Shown piece after piece: positions 1 to 12,942 of a stretch of 20,000 nucleotides of DNA (position 1 is its first letter; each line of letters starts with the position of its first letter). Location of the stretch: positions 46,659-66,658 of the forward strand of contig NGBS01000325.1 of the NCBI GenBank assembly GCA_002245135.1. Direction: 5' to 3'. The stretch comes from Proteromonas lacertae (Eukaryota). The notes under the pieces are model-generated. The model saw nothing but the letters and a program-made list of their open reading frames with translations. It ran no database searches and had not been told where the DNA came from. Position numbers and translations under genes: made by a program.

Positions 1-400
1 GAAGCTAGTCGTATAGTTGGTACGATGATTTCATTAAATGATAAAGATGCAAATGGTGCTGATGATTTCTTACCTGCTTTTATATTCACATTATTACATG
101 CTAAATTAGGTCATGCTAAATCTACAATTGAATTTATTGAGAAGATAAGAGGTCCGAGTGCTTTAAGAGCTAAGTATAAATTAAATAATTATATTTAAAA
201 TATAGTGATGGATATTGTTTTACTACATTTTGTAGTGCAATTGCCTTCATTGAACAAGTTGATGCTTCTTTGCTTAGAATGGATGAAACTGTGTTTAATA
301 TGTATATGAATATTATATTTATTGTGTTTATAATAGTAAGATTCAAGAAAGTAGAGAAAGATATTGTGATCATTACAATGATGTTAGTCTTAGAGATTAA
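1..400 (+). CDS. VPS9-domain protein (Rab5-family GEF), 3' part; introns 174-205 and 302-336
   Basis: Frame 1 reads ...NGADDFLPAFIFTLLHA...STIEFIEKIRG. After a 32-nt GT-AG intron it reads NDGYCFTTFCSAIAFIEQVD. These match the VPS9 GADD(F/L)LP and GYxxTxxxxAxxFI motifs. Stop TAA at 398-400; 5' end lies outside the window. Confidence 0.88.
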
Positions 401-502
401 TAAATTATTATATACTGTTTATTTTTTTTAAATATATGTGTTTTAGAATATATAAATAAAAATATTAAAATTAGAATATAAATTTATATAAGATTTATAG
501 TA

Positions 503-1189
503 TTATGCGTTACGTTCTGCAGTCAATCTATGCTCATACATATACAATGCTTTCTTTTTAATTAGACAGAATTGACATGTTTTTTTATATTCCCTTTTTT
601 CTATATTGATCATATCGAATCTTACTTTGCGAAGCTTTCTGTTGCACCTACTACATGATCTACTGTTCTTAATATGTTTTGATGATTTCTCCCAATCGCT
701 TAAATCTGTATTCTTATATCTAGATGCACATTTATCACATAATTCTTTTCCATTATAAATCAAACAATCTTTTAATTCTATCACTTTTGAACATTCAGAA
801 CAAGCAACTAGTTTTGATGGATTTTCACCTTGATACTTCACTGATTTGCGACATCTTTTGTTATCTTGATTAGTTTGCCATATATCAGGATATTTTTCAC
901 TCATATCATTTTCATTTCTCTTCTGATACAAATATTTTTGTGGTTCATTATCAGCAGAAGGTCGAAATCTCTTTAATTTAAAAATAAGAGATAAATCACC
1001 ATCATTATCTTCAAATTTATCATTTTCATCATATAATGGATGATCAAAAGGATTACTTTTAGTAATCATTGGTGCAGGCAAATTATTTTCAAATATGTTA
1101 GCTGACTCAATGCCAATTATAGAATCCGTATTATATATTCCAGCAATAATATTATTATTACCATCACTGTCATACGATTGCGTAAACAT
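503..1189 (-). CDS. Intronless 228-aa protein with two C-terminal CxxC...CxxC zinc-ribbon-like motifs
   Basis: Long ORF in very AT-rich DNA, containing CSEC-x17-CDKC and CSRC-x22-CQFC plus a basic C-terminus. No family recognised. Confidence 0.7.
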   Translation of the reverse strand: MFTQSYDSDGNNNIIAGIYNTDSIIGIESANIFENNLPAPMITKSNPFDHPLYDENDKFEDNDGDLSLIFKLKRFRPSADNEPQKYLYQKRNENDMSEKYPDIWQTNQDNKRCRKSVKYQGENPSKLVACSECSKVIELKDCLIYNGKELCDKCASRYKNTDLSDWEKSSKHIKNSRSCSRCNRKLRKVRFDMINIEKREYKKTCQFCLIKKKALYMYEHRLTAERNA

Positions 1190-1577
1190 CCTTAATTTTT
1201 AAAGAATTATTACTTGTAATAAACTCGATTTTACAAGCCAATTCCCAAATGTAAATTTTTTATATCACACCAACTATTGTGTTTAAACCTCAAAAATTAA
1301 TTAATTACTAACATATTGTGATTATTTATGTAATAGAAATATATTTAGTAAATTAGAATTTTACACCACTCAAAACATACAAATTTTAATCAAATATATA
1401 CTGTAACACATAATAAAAATGATACATATCAATGCAACCTATTATTTTTGTAAAACTTAAAAATTAAATCTATATCCTTATTATTCCATACATTAAAGTA
1501 TTTTTGCCATATTTATGCGTTTTTCAATTCAATTTTTATATCAAACAATCAAACAAAATATAATAAAAATTAATTAT

Positions 1578-4500
1578 CTAAAAAATCTGTTGAACATTTT
1601 GGTGAGTAAAATAGTTCTTTATTGTTTTCTTCAATTCATCAACATCATCTATATAACAATAATAATTTCAATAATACATTTCAATTTTTCTAATGATTGA
1701 CCTTTAAATGTATTTTGTTTAATACATGTTTCACCAACAACAATACAATGATCAATTACATCAAAAGGAATATAAATTTCACCATTCTGTTTTGCCAATC
1801 TATCAATTATCCAATCATTCAATATTTCCAAGCTTTCAAACAGCATATTATGATTTAGAAAACTCAATATCAATGGAGTTAATGCATTTCCATTATTAGA
1901 ATATAAAAATGAATCTATTAACCATTTAGGAATGAAATTATTGTCATTAAAAATTGTAGTAAGAGTTGTTTCATGTAAAGATATACTCTCACTTTCATTA
2001 CAGGTCTATTTACAATAAAAACAATAATAATATACTTTTAAATAATATTGTAATAAATATTCATAATATTTATTCTTTTTAATTCCATGACCTTCTACAT
2101 TTTGAAATTGCCATCCTGGTAAAACTACATTATTATTATTATTATCATTTAAATATTCTTTTGTTATATTTTCTACTAATGAAATCATTGAATTGTGGTA
2201 AACTTTACAGAATTTATTACACAATTCATAATCTTTTAAATTATTATTATTATTTTGAGATGATGATAATAACAATTGTTGATATATTTCTAGTGGTTTT
2301 AAATGATAATAAGTTCCTGTTTTATGTAACTATGAAATATAAATAATATATTTAAATAATACTAAGGATAATTGCATTTCAGAATAAACTAATCCTTTTT
2401 CAAGTATTTCTTCTGTTACTTTTGTATTATAATTTCCTGTAATTGAAGCATCATAAATACATTCAAAATTCAACCCTTCAAAAGTAGTAACATTATCATT
2501 TTGTACAAGTTTAAGTGAATTTATACATAAATGAAATGAAGTAATTATATCATTCATTATTTCTTCTTTTATTTTCATATCAATATTGATATCTTGGTAT
2601 AATCTAATTATATAAGAATAAATTATTCTTGCAGCTTTTATATATTCCTGTTTCATATAATAATAACAATAGAATTGTTTATAATAGTTAGGTGAAGCTA
2701 AAGATAATGATGTTGAATGTGTATTTACTTCTTGTAAAGTAACTGGATGGAATTGGCAAATACTATTACAGATACTATCATCAAAATGTAACTATATATA
2801 AATAATATATAAATAATATAAATACATCTTTATTGATTAACCATTTAAATCCATCATTTTCACATAAAAATCTGAAAAATGTTTTCCAATATTTGTTATC
2901 ATCATTATTATCTTCTAAAAATGGTAATTTCAAAAGACAAATATCAAAATTCTTTAGTTCCAAGTTACTTTGGAATATCTTTATATTGATATTGTTTATA
3001 AATATATCATCATAATTGTTTAATTGGCTAACTACATCCAGTAAAATGAAGCAATAATCAGATATTTGTTCTATTCATAATAATAACAATATATATATAT
3101 ATATATACGATTTGCACCACAATATTGATAATAGCCAATTATCTTCATTATATAATCCACTTTTTCTTGTAACTATAATAAGAATAAATAAACATATAAT
3201 AAATATATACATCAATGGGTATTATTTGATTAAACAATTCCACAGATTTCCTAATATAACTATCAGCTTCTTCTTCTCTTTTGAATTGCTTTGCATCTGT
3301 TGCTTTAATGATATAATAATAACCTAAAACATCCAGCCATTTTCTTCGACTATCCATTGTATGATCAAGTCTATAATAATAATCAAAATATAAATATACT
3401 CATTATAAAGTGGATATTTTCTTTCTAATTCAGCTAATGGATATAAATATGACTTCATTATCTGATTTTTGTCATTATTAACGATATTTAGTAAAATCTA
3501 ACATGAAATAGATATAATGTATATATACTTCATAATCATTATTCATCAATACACTTTCAGTTAATAATAAAATAGCAGAAATGACATTCCATGAATAATC
3601 ATTAGTCTAAATAATATAATGTAATATATATATATATATATATATATACTATTGATCGATTGTAGAAATCATTATGTATTAGTTGAGTATAAACGTATGG
3701 CAATACTGTAGTAATGTTCTTTATAGTAACTACATCATCATCTTCATTGTATAATAAATCACAACCGCATAATAAACATAAACGATATAATTTCTATTAA
3801 TAAAACATATATATATATCTAATAATTATACAATTGTCATAGTTTGTAGACTTGGTATAATAATGGAATATAAATCATCATAATTCTAAATAAAATAAAA
3901 ACTTGAAAATATATATAATATACTTCAATTTGTTGAGATGGTATTCTTTTGATGATATAATAAACCAAAGTGCCAAATGAAATAATGAAATTAAATCGAT
4001 ATAAAATCTCATCTCTCAAAGCATTCACAATTAAAACACTATTTTGACAAAAGACTATACAAAATAAATATAGTAAATAAATTATACAATTATTAACAAG
4101 CATTTCACCTTTAATTATTTGGTTCTCATCTCTTACATCATTTTCATTACATAAATCATATTGTTGTATAAATTCTTTAAGAAATTGAGTCATTTCATTG
4201 ATAAGATTGAGAGTATTAGTTAATTTAGACTGTAATTCTTTTTCATCTAAAGACAAACACTTTTCTGATAAAATATAATTCACATTTTTATCAAATAATT
4301 CACTCAATGTAATAGAATCAGTAACAGGAGCAGCAGAAGAATAAAATGAATCTAAAAATAAATATGTCAAATGAGATTGTTCCATTATATTACCAATGTA
4401 ATTAATAATATTTAACAAATCTTTCTGAGATTCAGAAATTGTAAAACCTAATTGATATTGCGTAATATTTCCACTGTTATATAAATAAGATATAAATCCA

Positions 4501-5941
4501 TTATGAATAATGATTACATCAGAATTATTGCCGTTTATTGTACCAAATCCAATACATTGGAATATATCTTCTTCTTCTTCTTCTTCATTGATATAAAATT
4601 CATTTAATTTGGTGAGTAAACCAAATGGTGATTTTGTATTACATTCTTTATCTAAATATATATCACTTAATAGACTCTATTCAATATAAAATAATAATAA
4701 TAAAATAATATACAATTTCATAATGAATATTCTTTGAAGAATCAAAACATGTTAAACAATCACTACTTCTCTCACTATCTCTAAAATTCCATAAAATATA
4801 TAAATTATGATCGTTTTGATTGTATATATAATTATTTAAAGTATAGATATTATTATGAATAACTTCATTATCTTTTTCTTCAATTTCCATTTCATTTGAA
4901 TTTGTATTTTCTGTTGCGTTGGTCTTTATAACTTTGTCTATTGCATTCATGAATGAGATTTGACATATGTAATTATCTAATTTCATTTGTAATATATACA
5001 ATCTATTTGATAAATAAATATAATATAATATACATTCTTTGATTCTTTTCATTGGTTGTTATAATTATCATTTCATATTCATTTCTATTGGGTAATTCAA
5101 ATACACTAATTCTAGTAAATGAATTAATAAATGAATTATTATAAAATGAATTTAACACTTTGTCATTGAATATTCTCTTCTTTGTAGTTGTATTATATAC
5201 TTCTATACTTCCATTTGACATTAATATAATAATGAAATTATTTATATTCTTAAATGTCACTATATGAACCTCTTTATTTTCATCTCCAAAGATGGCATTG
5301 TATATAAATGAATGAGTTTCAGTTGAAAATGTATTTACATGTATTTGATTGTCTTTTGTAATTTCTATTGATAATACATCACCTGATTGTTGACGTGTAA
5401 CGGTAAAATGAAAAGGATCGATCCATTCAGCCAATAGAAAATCATTTAAATCAGTTGAACCATAAATATCACATAATTCATTGCTTTTAGTGAGTTTGAA
5501 GAATGGATATTTCGACTGAAAATTGCCAATATCGAATACATACCTTAACACATTACAATTGATTAGAATTATTGATAAAATGACTTTATTTCCTTCTCTG
5601 TAGAAATTCAATCCACCATGAAGAATATTCACATAAAAATCAATTTTGAATTTGTTTTGAATTAATTCGTGGGAGTATGATTGTTCTAAAACTGTCAAAG
5701 TATAACCATTAATAGTCCAAATAAGCACTCTCGATGATAAAGGGTTTGATTCATTGATTATTTCAAATGAAGATCCTTCTGTCGCTATAAATGAATTAAT
5801 ATTCTAAGGAATACAGTATGGTTGATGAAAACAAAGAGATTCCAATGATTCAATTTGCTCTACTTGCGGTACTCTTTCATATACAACATCTTCAAATTCA
5901 TGACAATCAATAAATGGAACTTCTCGATGATAATTATTCAT
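1578..5941 (-). CDS. NUP160: Nucleoporin Nup160-like, about 1283 aa, 15 introns (5814-5785, 5033-5003, 4713-4677, 4087-4055, 3923-3886, 3831-3794, 3649-3607, 3528-3498, 3399-3371, 3210-3173, 3108-3071, 2825-2792, 2362-2330, 2035-2006, 1677-1649)
   Basis: All exons join in phase through GTA...TAG introns of 29-43 nt. Recalled Nup160-like segments: N-terminal REVP, NYYKQFYCYYYMKQEYIKAARIIYSYIIRL, SFHLCINSLKLV, IPKWLIDSF and IYIPFDVIDH. Beta-rich N-half and helical C-half. Stop TAG at 1580-1578. Confidence 0.8.
3624..3648. repeat. (TA)n microsatellite inside Nup160 intron 3649-3607
   Basis: About 12 TA units directly following the GT donor on the minus strand. Confidence 0.9.
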
Positions 5942-5954
5942 TTTAAAAATGAAT

Positions 5955-5969
5955 TTGACTTGACTTGAC
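5955..5969. repeat. (TTGAC)x3 direct repeat in the 43-bp divergent intergenic spacer
   Basis: ttgacttgacttgac followed by a degenerate tcgag, between the Nup160 ATG (5941, minus) and the PDI ATG (5985, plus). Confidence 0.6.
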
Positions 5970-5984
5970 TCGAGGTTTGTCATC

Positions 5985-7467
5985 ATGAAATTTTGTTCCA
6001 TCGTTTTTCTCAGCTTGCTATTGTTGTATATACCAATTTTATTCTTTTTTGTTACTTACCCCATTTATATTTCCCATATCTATAATTTATAGAGCTCAAC
6101 TATCATCCTGTTCTGAATTTGCCACTTTAGGTAAAGTTATAACATTAGATAATAGTAATTTTACAGAGATTGTTGATAAAGAAGGTATAATCGTAGTAAA
6201 TTTATTGTATAGAAATGATTTTTGTGGAGTTTTATCAAGATGGTTGTGGAGCATGCAAAAAAGTTGCACCAACATGGCAAAAACTTCCAACTGATTTGAA
6301 AGAACAAGGAATAAATGTTGCAATAGCACAAGTATATAATAATCTCTTTTCTAACTCCAATAATAATAGGTAAACGGTCCATTAAGTCCAGAATTAATGT
6401 CATCCTACGGAGTAGCAAGTACACCAACATTCATATTATTCAAAGGAGTATAAATTCCCAAAATTCATATAAATTATAGAATCACACAATGCCAGAATAT
6501 TACCAAGGTGCTCGTCATAAAGAAGCGTTTATTTACATGATCAAGAAATCCTTAGGAATGAAAGAACTCGGTTCACCAGCAGTTCAAATCGATGATGAGA
6601 GTGAATTATTCAAATATATATTCTGGAGAGGAAATGCCAATAATAAAATGGAACCTGTATTAGTAGGATTTTTCCCATCAGTATAAATACCTTTATATTA
6701 TTTTATATTAAAAATAGAAAGATATTCCAGAATATCAAGTTTTTCTCAAAGTTGTACTTGATTTTATTGATTTTACCAGAGTTGTTGAAACTTCTACGAA
6801 ATTTGCTGAAACTTTTGCAGTTCCAACTGATAAACCATCCTTAATATTATACAGAGATTTTGATGAAGGTAAAACAGTTTATGATGGTGAATGGGAAGTA
6901 GAAGAAATAAAGAAAACAATGAAAGAATTATTAATTCCAATGGTTTATAAAGTTGATCATGATAATTTAAGATCGTATTTTTATATATAATTATTTTCTA
7001 TATATATAGTGTATCAAATGATTTAAAAGATGGATTTCTAGTGCATGTATTTGTAAGTGAACAAGTATATACTGATGATTATGCTGATATTAAGGATGAA
7101 TTATATGAAAAAGTAATCATGCCAAGAATAGAAAGTGGTAGTTTAAAAAGAGGTAATTTCACTATTGGTATTACAAACGGTGAGAAGTATAAGGGATGGT
7201 TGAAATTGTTTAAATTAGAGAATAATACTTTACCAGCTGCTGCTGCTTATTTCCCAGTATATAATTTTATATTTACGTTATTGTTAATAGAAAACTGATG
7301 CAAAATATCCATATGGTTCATTTTTATTCAAAGATAAATATCTTGAAACCGGTGATTTGATTGATAAATTAAAATTGAATATGTTGAAGGTTATTAGTGA
7401 CAAAGAAATGACAGAAGGAGAGAAAATATTAAACATGATAAACAAAGATAAAGAGACTGAATTATAA
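5985..7467 (+). CDS. ER protein disulfide isomerase-family protein (a-b-b' layout, about 403 aa); introns 6026-6092, 6185-6212, 6332-6369, 6448-6479, 6681-6717, 6975-7009, 7257-7290
   Basis: Signal peptide MKFCSIVFLSLLLLAQLSSC. Thioredoxin domain VITLDNSNF...IFVEFYQDGCGACKKVAPTW...YGVASTPTFILFK...YQGAR. b-domain LILYRDFDEGKTVYDG. C-terminal KDEL-like ETEL before the stop. Confidence 0.85.
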
Positions 7468-7609
7468 AAAGATTTTAAATTCGTTTTAAATATATTGTGG
7501 TTGTTATTTTTCCATACCAACAATGTTTGAAATGATTAGAAAGTTGTTTAAAAATCAATTAAAATCTATATTGAATAGCCAATTATTTTACTTCTTTTTT
7601 AAAAGTCAG

Positions 7610-8238
7610 ATGTCGTTGTCTATCACTCAAACTATAAGGTTTCCTCGACCATTAAGTCCGAGATTTTCACCTATAAGATCACCTTTAGAAACTACTCAAA
7701 AGATTGCCGTATTCTAGAGAATGATTTTATGAAATTAGGTTTGTGGTCAGAATGAAGACTACACAACATCAGTAATGAGTATAGCTGAAAAAAATCAAAT
7801 CAAGGCAATCAATTTCTATGTATTTTTCTTCACAGTGATAAATATCTAGTACTCTTATGAAGACAATCACAACAGTTTTGGATATAGATGATGTAGACAC
7901 AGTTCTTTGTGTATTGGATCCAAAATTGAAAACTTGTAACAGATATTTATACCAATTTCTCAAACAATGTCAGAAATGTGATTATGATGGTAGTATAATA
8001 CTTTTAGTCACAGGTATAAGCGTTGATTAAATATAATGTAGATGAAATACCACCTAAACTCTACAGCACATTACAGAAAACACATATGATGGAATTTGAT
8101 TCAATTCAGGTGTATAAAATCAACCTAGAAAATAAGAAAGAAACAGCTACAGTGTTAAGAAAAGTATTAAAGAATCCTGTTTCAACACCAACAACAGTAG
8201 AATTTAATTTACTTTCTGTTAAAGTGTTTAGTATGTAG
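7610..8238 (+). CDS. Small Ras-like/P-loop-fold protein with degenerate G motifs (putative pseudo-GTPase, about 179 aa); introns 7709-7738, 7820-7849, 8014-8041; one +1 frame discrepancy
   Basis: Spliced reading KIAVCGQNEDYTTSV...DVDTVLCVLDPK...YLYQFLKQCQKCDYDGSIILLVTDE...QVYKINLENKKETATVLRKVL follows the strand/helix order of small GTPases. GxxxxGKT, DxxG and NKxD are absent. Exons 2 and 3 are one base out of phase. Confidence 0.5.
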
Positions 8239-8505
8239 ATCGGATAAATGTATATAGAAATTGTAGAGAAAGATAATTTTATGATTGTTTTTATTTTTTA
8301 TTGTTTATCTTGTCTTTTGTGAGATGAATGATCTGTCGATTATCAGCAGAATATAGATATTGTTGCATATAATGCTGATAAATTGCATTCTAAAATGTTT
8401 TACAAGCGATAATCTGAATCGTATACAATGGTTCTTTAATAAAGAGTATGTGGTTTTTAACCAATCATTCTTCATCAAAAATATTAATATTTTGATTAAT
8501 ACATT

Positions 8506-10018
<1,513 letters not shown>

Positions 10019-10052
10019 ACATTAAATACAAGGATTAGACTGACCTATAAAT

Positions 10053-10060
10053 TGTTTGTT
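10053..10060 (+). promoter_or_regulatory. TGTTTGTT element, putative polyadenylation downstream signal
   Basis: Exact octamer starting 35 nt after the SAHH stop. This octamer is known just downstream of poly(A) sites in Blastocystis. Confidence 0.5.
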
Positions 10061-10219
10061 TGGGAAATAATAATCATATTACACGAAAGTGACTCAGAAG
10101 AATAGAATTTAATAAAACTATAGAAAAACAATAGAAAGATATAATTTCTATTTTGAATAAAACTTCATAATCACTTTTCGTTGTAATAACAATCTCTGTT
10201 TGTCGTATCATTAAAGTAA

Positions 10220-11601
10220 ATGAGTGAAGAAGAGAATAAAGAGCTAATAGAGGAAAATAATCTATTGAACAAAGTATTCTTTTGAACTATTTTCTAAACT
10301 AGGATGGTGAAGAAGAAGAATCTTCTACTACAAAAATACCAGATGCTCCAAGTACTAATTCATCCGATCCTATTTCTCCTTCAAAAGAGTTACCACAAGA
10401 TTTCGTGATGGCATTATCTGGTTGTCAAATTACGTCCATAAAAGAAAGAGAGAATAGTGTAGATGTACATGATGATCTGGAAGGTCTAGCTCCATCTGAT
10501 GATGAAATGGACGAAGAAGATGAAAAATCAGAAGCTTCTACACCTAAAGCACCTAATACACCTCCAGTGGATAAAGAACTTGAAATGTACTTTTTACCTC
10601 TTGATGATGTAAATATGTATTTAAACAATTTCATCAAGAATGTATTTATTTATATGTTTATAACATTTAAATAGTGTCATTTCGATACATATGTATTTCG
10701 TGTACAAATAATCCAAGATTTAGCTTCAAAATCTGATGATCAACAAAATACAAAGAGACCTATCTTGGATGAAATATTAAAGCTATTTAAAAGGCCAAGT
10801 GATAATAATTTTACATGTTATGAGTATGTATGTGTATATCATTTATTTAATCTCAAAATTAATAAAGGAGTTCCAGTACCAAAGAAAATACCAAAATTCC
10901 TAGTAAATTTGAAAAGAGTCATTCCGGAAGTAAAGAAGAAAATGAAAGAAATAGAGAATTACCAAAATACTATAAGTAGATTAGAAAAAGAAATAGAAAA
11001 TGTTAAAAATGATAAAGCTCTTACAGAAAATACACTTTTGAATGTAACAAATCAATATTTTACATCACCAGCAATATATTCTTCCAATTCTTTGTCTTCT
11101 TCAGCAAAACAGAAAAACAGTAAAGAATTGAAAGCCAGTCCAAAAATAACAATAAATGATGATGATGATATTTCATTAAGACCATTATCAACCACAGCAA
11201 AGTCAAAGAAAAGAATATCCTTCAGTGAGTGTGATTTCGTATTTAATCCTGATAAAGGTACAGTAGAAAAAACACCTCCACGTAATAGCAGTATGAATAA
11301 TGCAACAAGTCACTTGGATACTAATGTTACTTCTCCTTCTCGTTTTAGAAGTGTTAGTGATATGCCATCAAAGATTCCACCAGCTATGACTAGTAATACA
11401 TTATCTACTACTTTAACTGCTAACAGATTGGCTGCCATTCGACAAATGAATGGTAGGAAGAAGAAATCTCCTTTGTTGATGAAGAAGAATGATGATAGCG
11501 ATGATAGTGATGGTTCTGCATCAAAAAGTCCAACAGCCAAGAAAACCAAACCTTCATTAATCAAAAAACCAACGAAAAGAACTGTAACAAAGAAAAATTA
11601 G
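10220..11601 (+). CDS. Divergent EH (Eps15 homology)-like domain + coiled-coil protein, paralog A, about 439 aa; introns 10274-10302, 10642-10674
   Basis: YFLPLDDVNMYLNNF...ILDEILKLF...FTCYEYVCVYHLFNLKINKGVPVPKKIPKFL fits the EH pattern. Followed by a heptad coil and an S/T/P/K-rich tail; acidic N-terminus. Confidence 0.7.
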
Positions 11602-11664
11602 TAATGAATATAAAAACTTAAAATAGTATGTTTTAGTATTAGACAGAGATATTATGAATATAAT

Positions 11665-11672
11665 TGTTTGTT
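11665..11672 (+). promoter_or_regulatory. TGTTTGTT element, putative polyadenylation downstream signal
   Basis: Exact octamer starting 64 nt after the paralog A stop. Confidence 0.45.
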
Positions 11673-11778
11673 GATGATATTTTTGTAAAACTTAATCAAA
11701 CAAGTTTGACAAGCCAAGATTTTTATTACAGTTATATTATTGAAAACTCGTTGTTTATACACTATATAAAAATTATAA

Positions 11779-12723
11779 ATGTCACAAAAAAACAATAAAA
11801 CAGATATGAACGCCATAGATCCTCCTGAAGGTTTGAAGAAAATAAACACAAATTCAAGACCTCCTCCAATACCTAAAAAGTCTTCAATCAGTGATGAAGA
11901 TGATGCAATAACACCGAAAGGTAATAATAAAAGTACACCTAATCTAACTGTTAAAACAGATTCAAATAGTTATAATCCAGCAACAGATGAACCTTTTTAT
12001 GTCACATTGGATGAAATTAAGGATTATTGCTTATCCTTTTCAGTTTTAAGCGGTTTTAAAGGTAAGGTTGTTAAAGCTGATCTTCAAAAACGATGTTTAG
12101 ATGAAAATGATAAAAATATACTGAAAACATTATGGCCAATCTGTGACCCAGAAGATAAAAAATGCTTAGATTTATTTAAATTCTTTTGTTATTCACATAT
12201 TCGTCATGTTGTAACAGAATTAAATGTAGATATGCCTGATGAGATTCCTCCTTATTTAATGTCATTAAAAAAAGCAATTCCAAAGTTTCATGCTCATTTA
12301 ATATGTCTTAAAGATATTGATGCACAAATAAATAACTTAAAAAAAGAAATGGAACAACTTGAAGAGGATAGAAGCATAGTTGATAATACATTAAAGAATA
12401 TGTCAATGAAATATTTAGATAAACAAGAAATAGATGTATTGCCATTAGATGAGACTGATAGTAGACCGGAAGCAAGTAGTTGTAGATCAATGAAAATGCC
12501 AGAAAAGTCGTTCACTCAGAATAGATCAAATTCTATGACTTTTTCTGAAGATATGTCGAAGAAGAATGTTGTTGTATTACCAAAGTCTAGAAAGGAAAAA
12601 GTTACACAAATGAACTTTGCACAAAGATATTCACCATTATTGAAATCTACTAAAAGTGATTCACCTAGAAATAGAAAAAGCATTACCAAGAAGAGTTCTA
12701 GTGTTTCAACAAAGAAAGTTTAA
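11779..12723 (+). CDS. Divergent EH-like domain + coiled-coil protein, paralog B, 314 aa, intronless
   Basis: FYVTLDEIKDYCLSF...ILKTLWPICDPEDKKCLDLFKFFCYSHIRH...DMPDEIPPYL is the closest of the three to the EH consensus (LxxIWxLxDxDxDGxL...LPxxLPxxL). N-terminal RPPPIPKK proline-rich motif. Confidence 0.78.
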   Translation: MSQKNNKTDMNAIDPPEGLKKINTNSRPPPIPKKSSISDEDDAITPKGNNKSTPNLTVKTDSNSYNPATDEPFYVTLDEIKDYCLSFSVLSGFKGKVVKADLQKRCLDENDKNILKTLWPICDPEDKKCLDLFKFFCYSHIRHVVTELNVDMPDEIPPYLMSLKKAIPKFHAHLICLKDIDAQINNLKKEMEQLEEDRSIVDNTLKNMSMKYLDKQEIDVLPLDETDSRPEASSCRSMKMPEKSFTQNRSNSMTFSEDMSKKNVVVLPKSRKEKVTQMNFAQRYSPLLKSTKSDSPRNRKSITKKSSSVSTKKV

Positions 12724-12942
12724 TAGAAACAGTGTAAATAATTCGTTAGTTTTACTTATTTTTACTTTTATTCATCTTTACATTAGTATTAATTATTGTT
12801 TGTATGTTGATATATATTCAAAATCTTAATGTACTTCCTCTATTGTGGTGAATACTCATTCACGAAAATCTATCCGTTATACAATTTTTTTTAATCTTTT
12901 GCTAAAATCTCATCAAAGGTTGCTTTATAAATTGTAAGAAAT

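Noticed and set aside
1191..1213. Possible 23-nt 5' UTR intron upstream of the zinc-ribbon gene (minus strand)
   Set aside because: Shorter than any supported intron here, has an AAG acceptor, and has no supporting upstream exon.
2129..2254. (AAT)n repeats
   Set aside because: Short poly-Asn coding tracts in Nup160, typical of AT-rich genomes.
4681..5728. Overlapping ORFs suggesting a frameshift in Nup160
   Set aside because: Resolved by the canonical 31-nt phase-2 intron 5033-5003.
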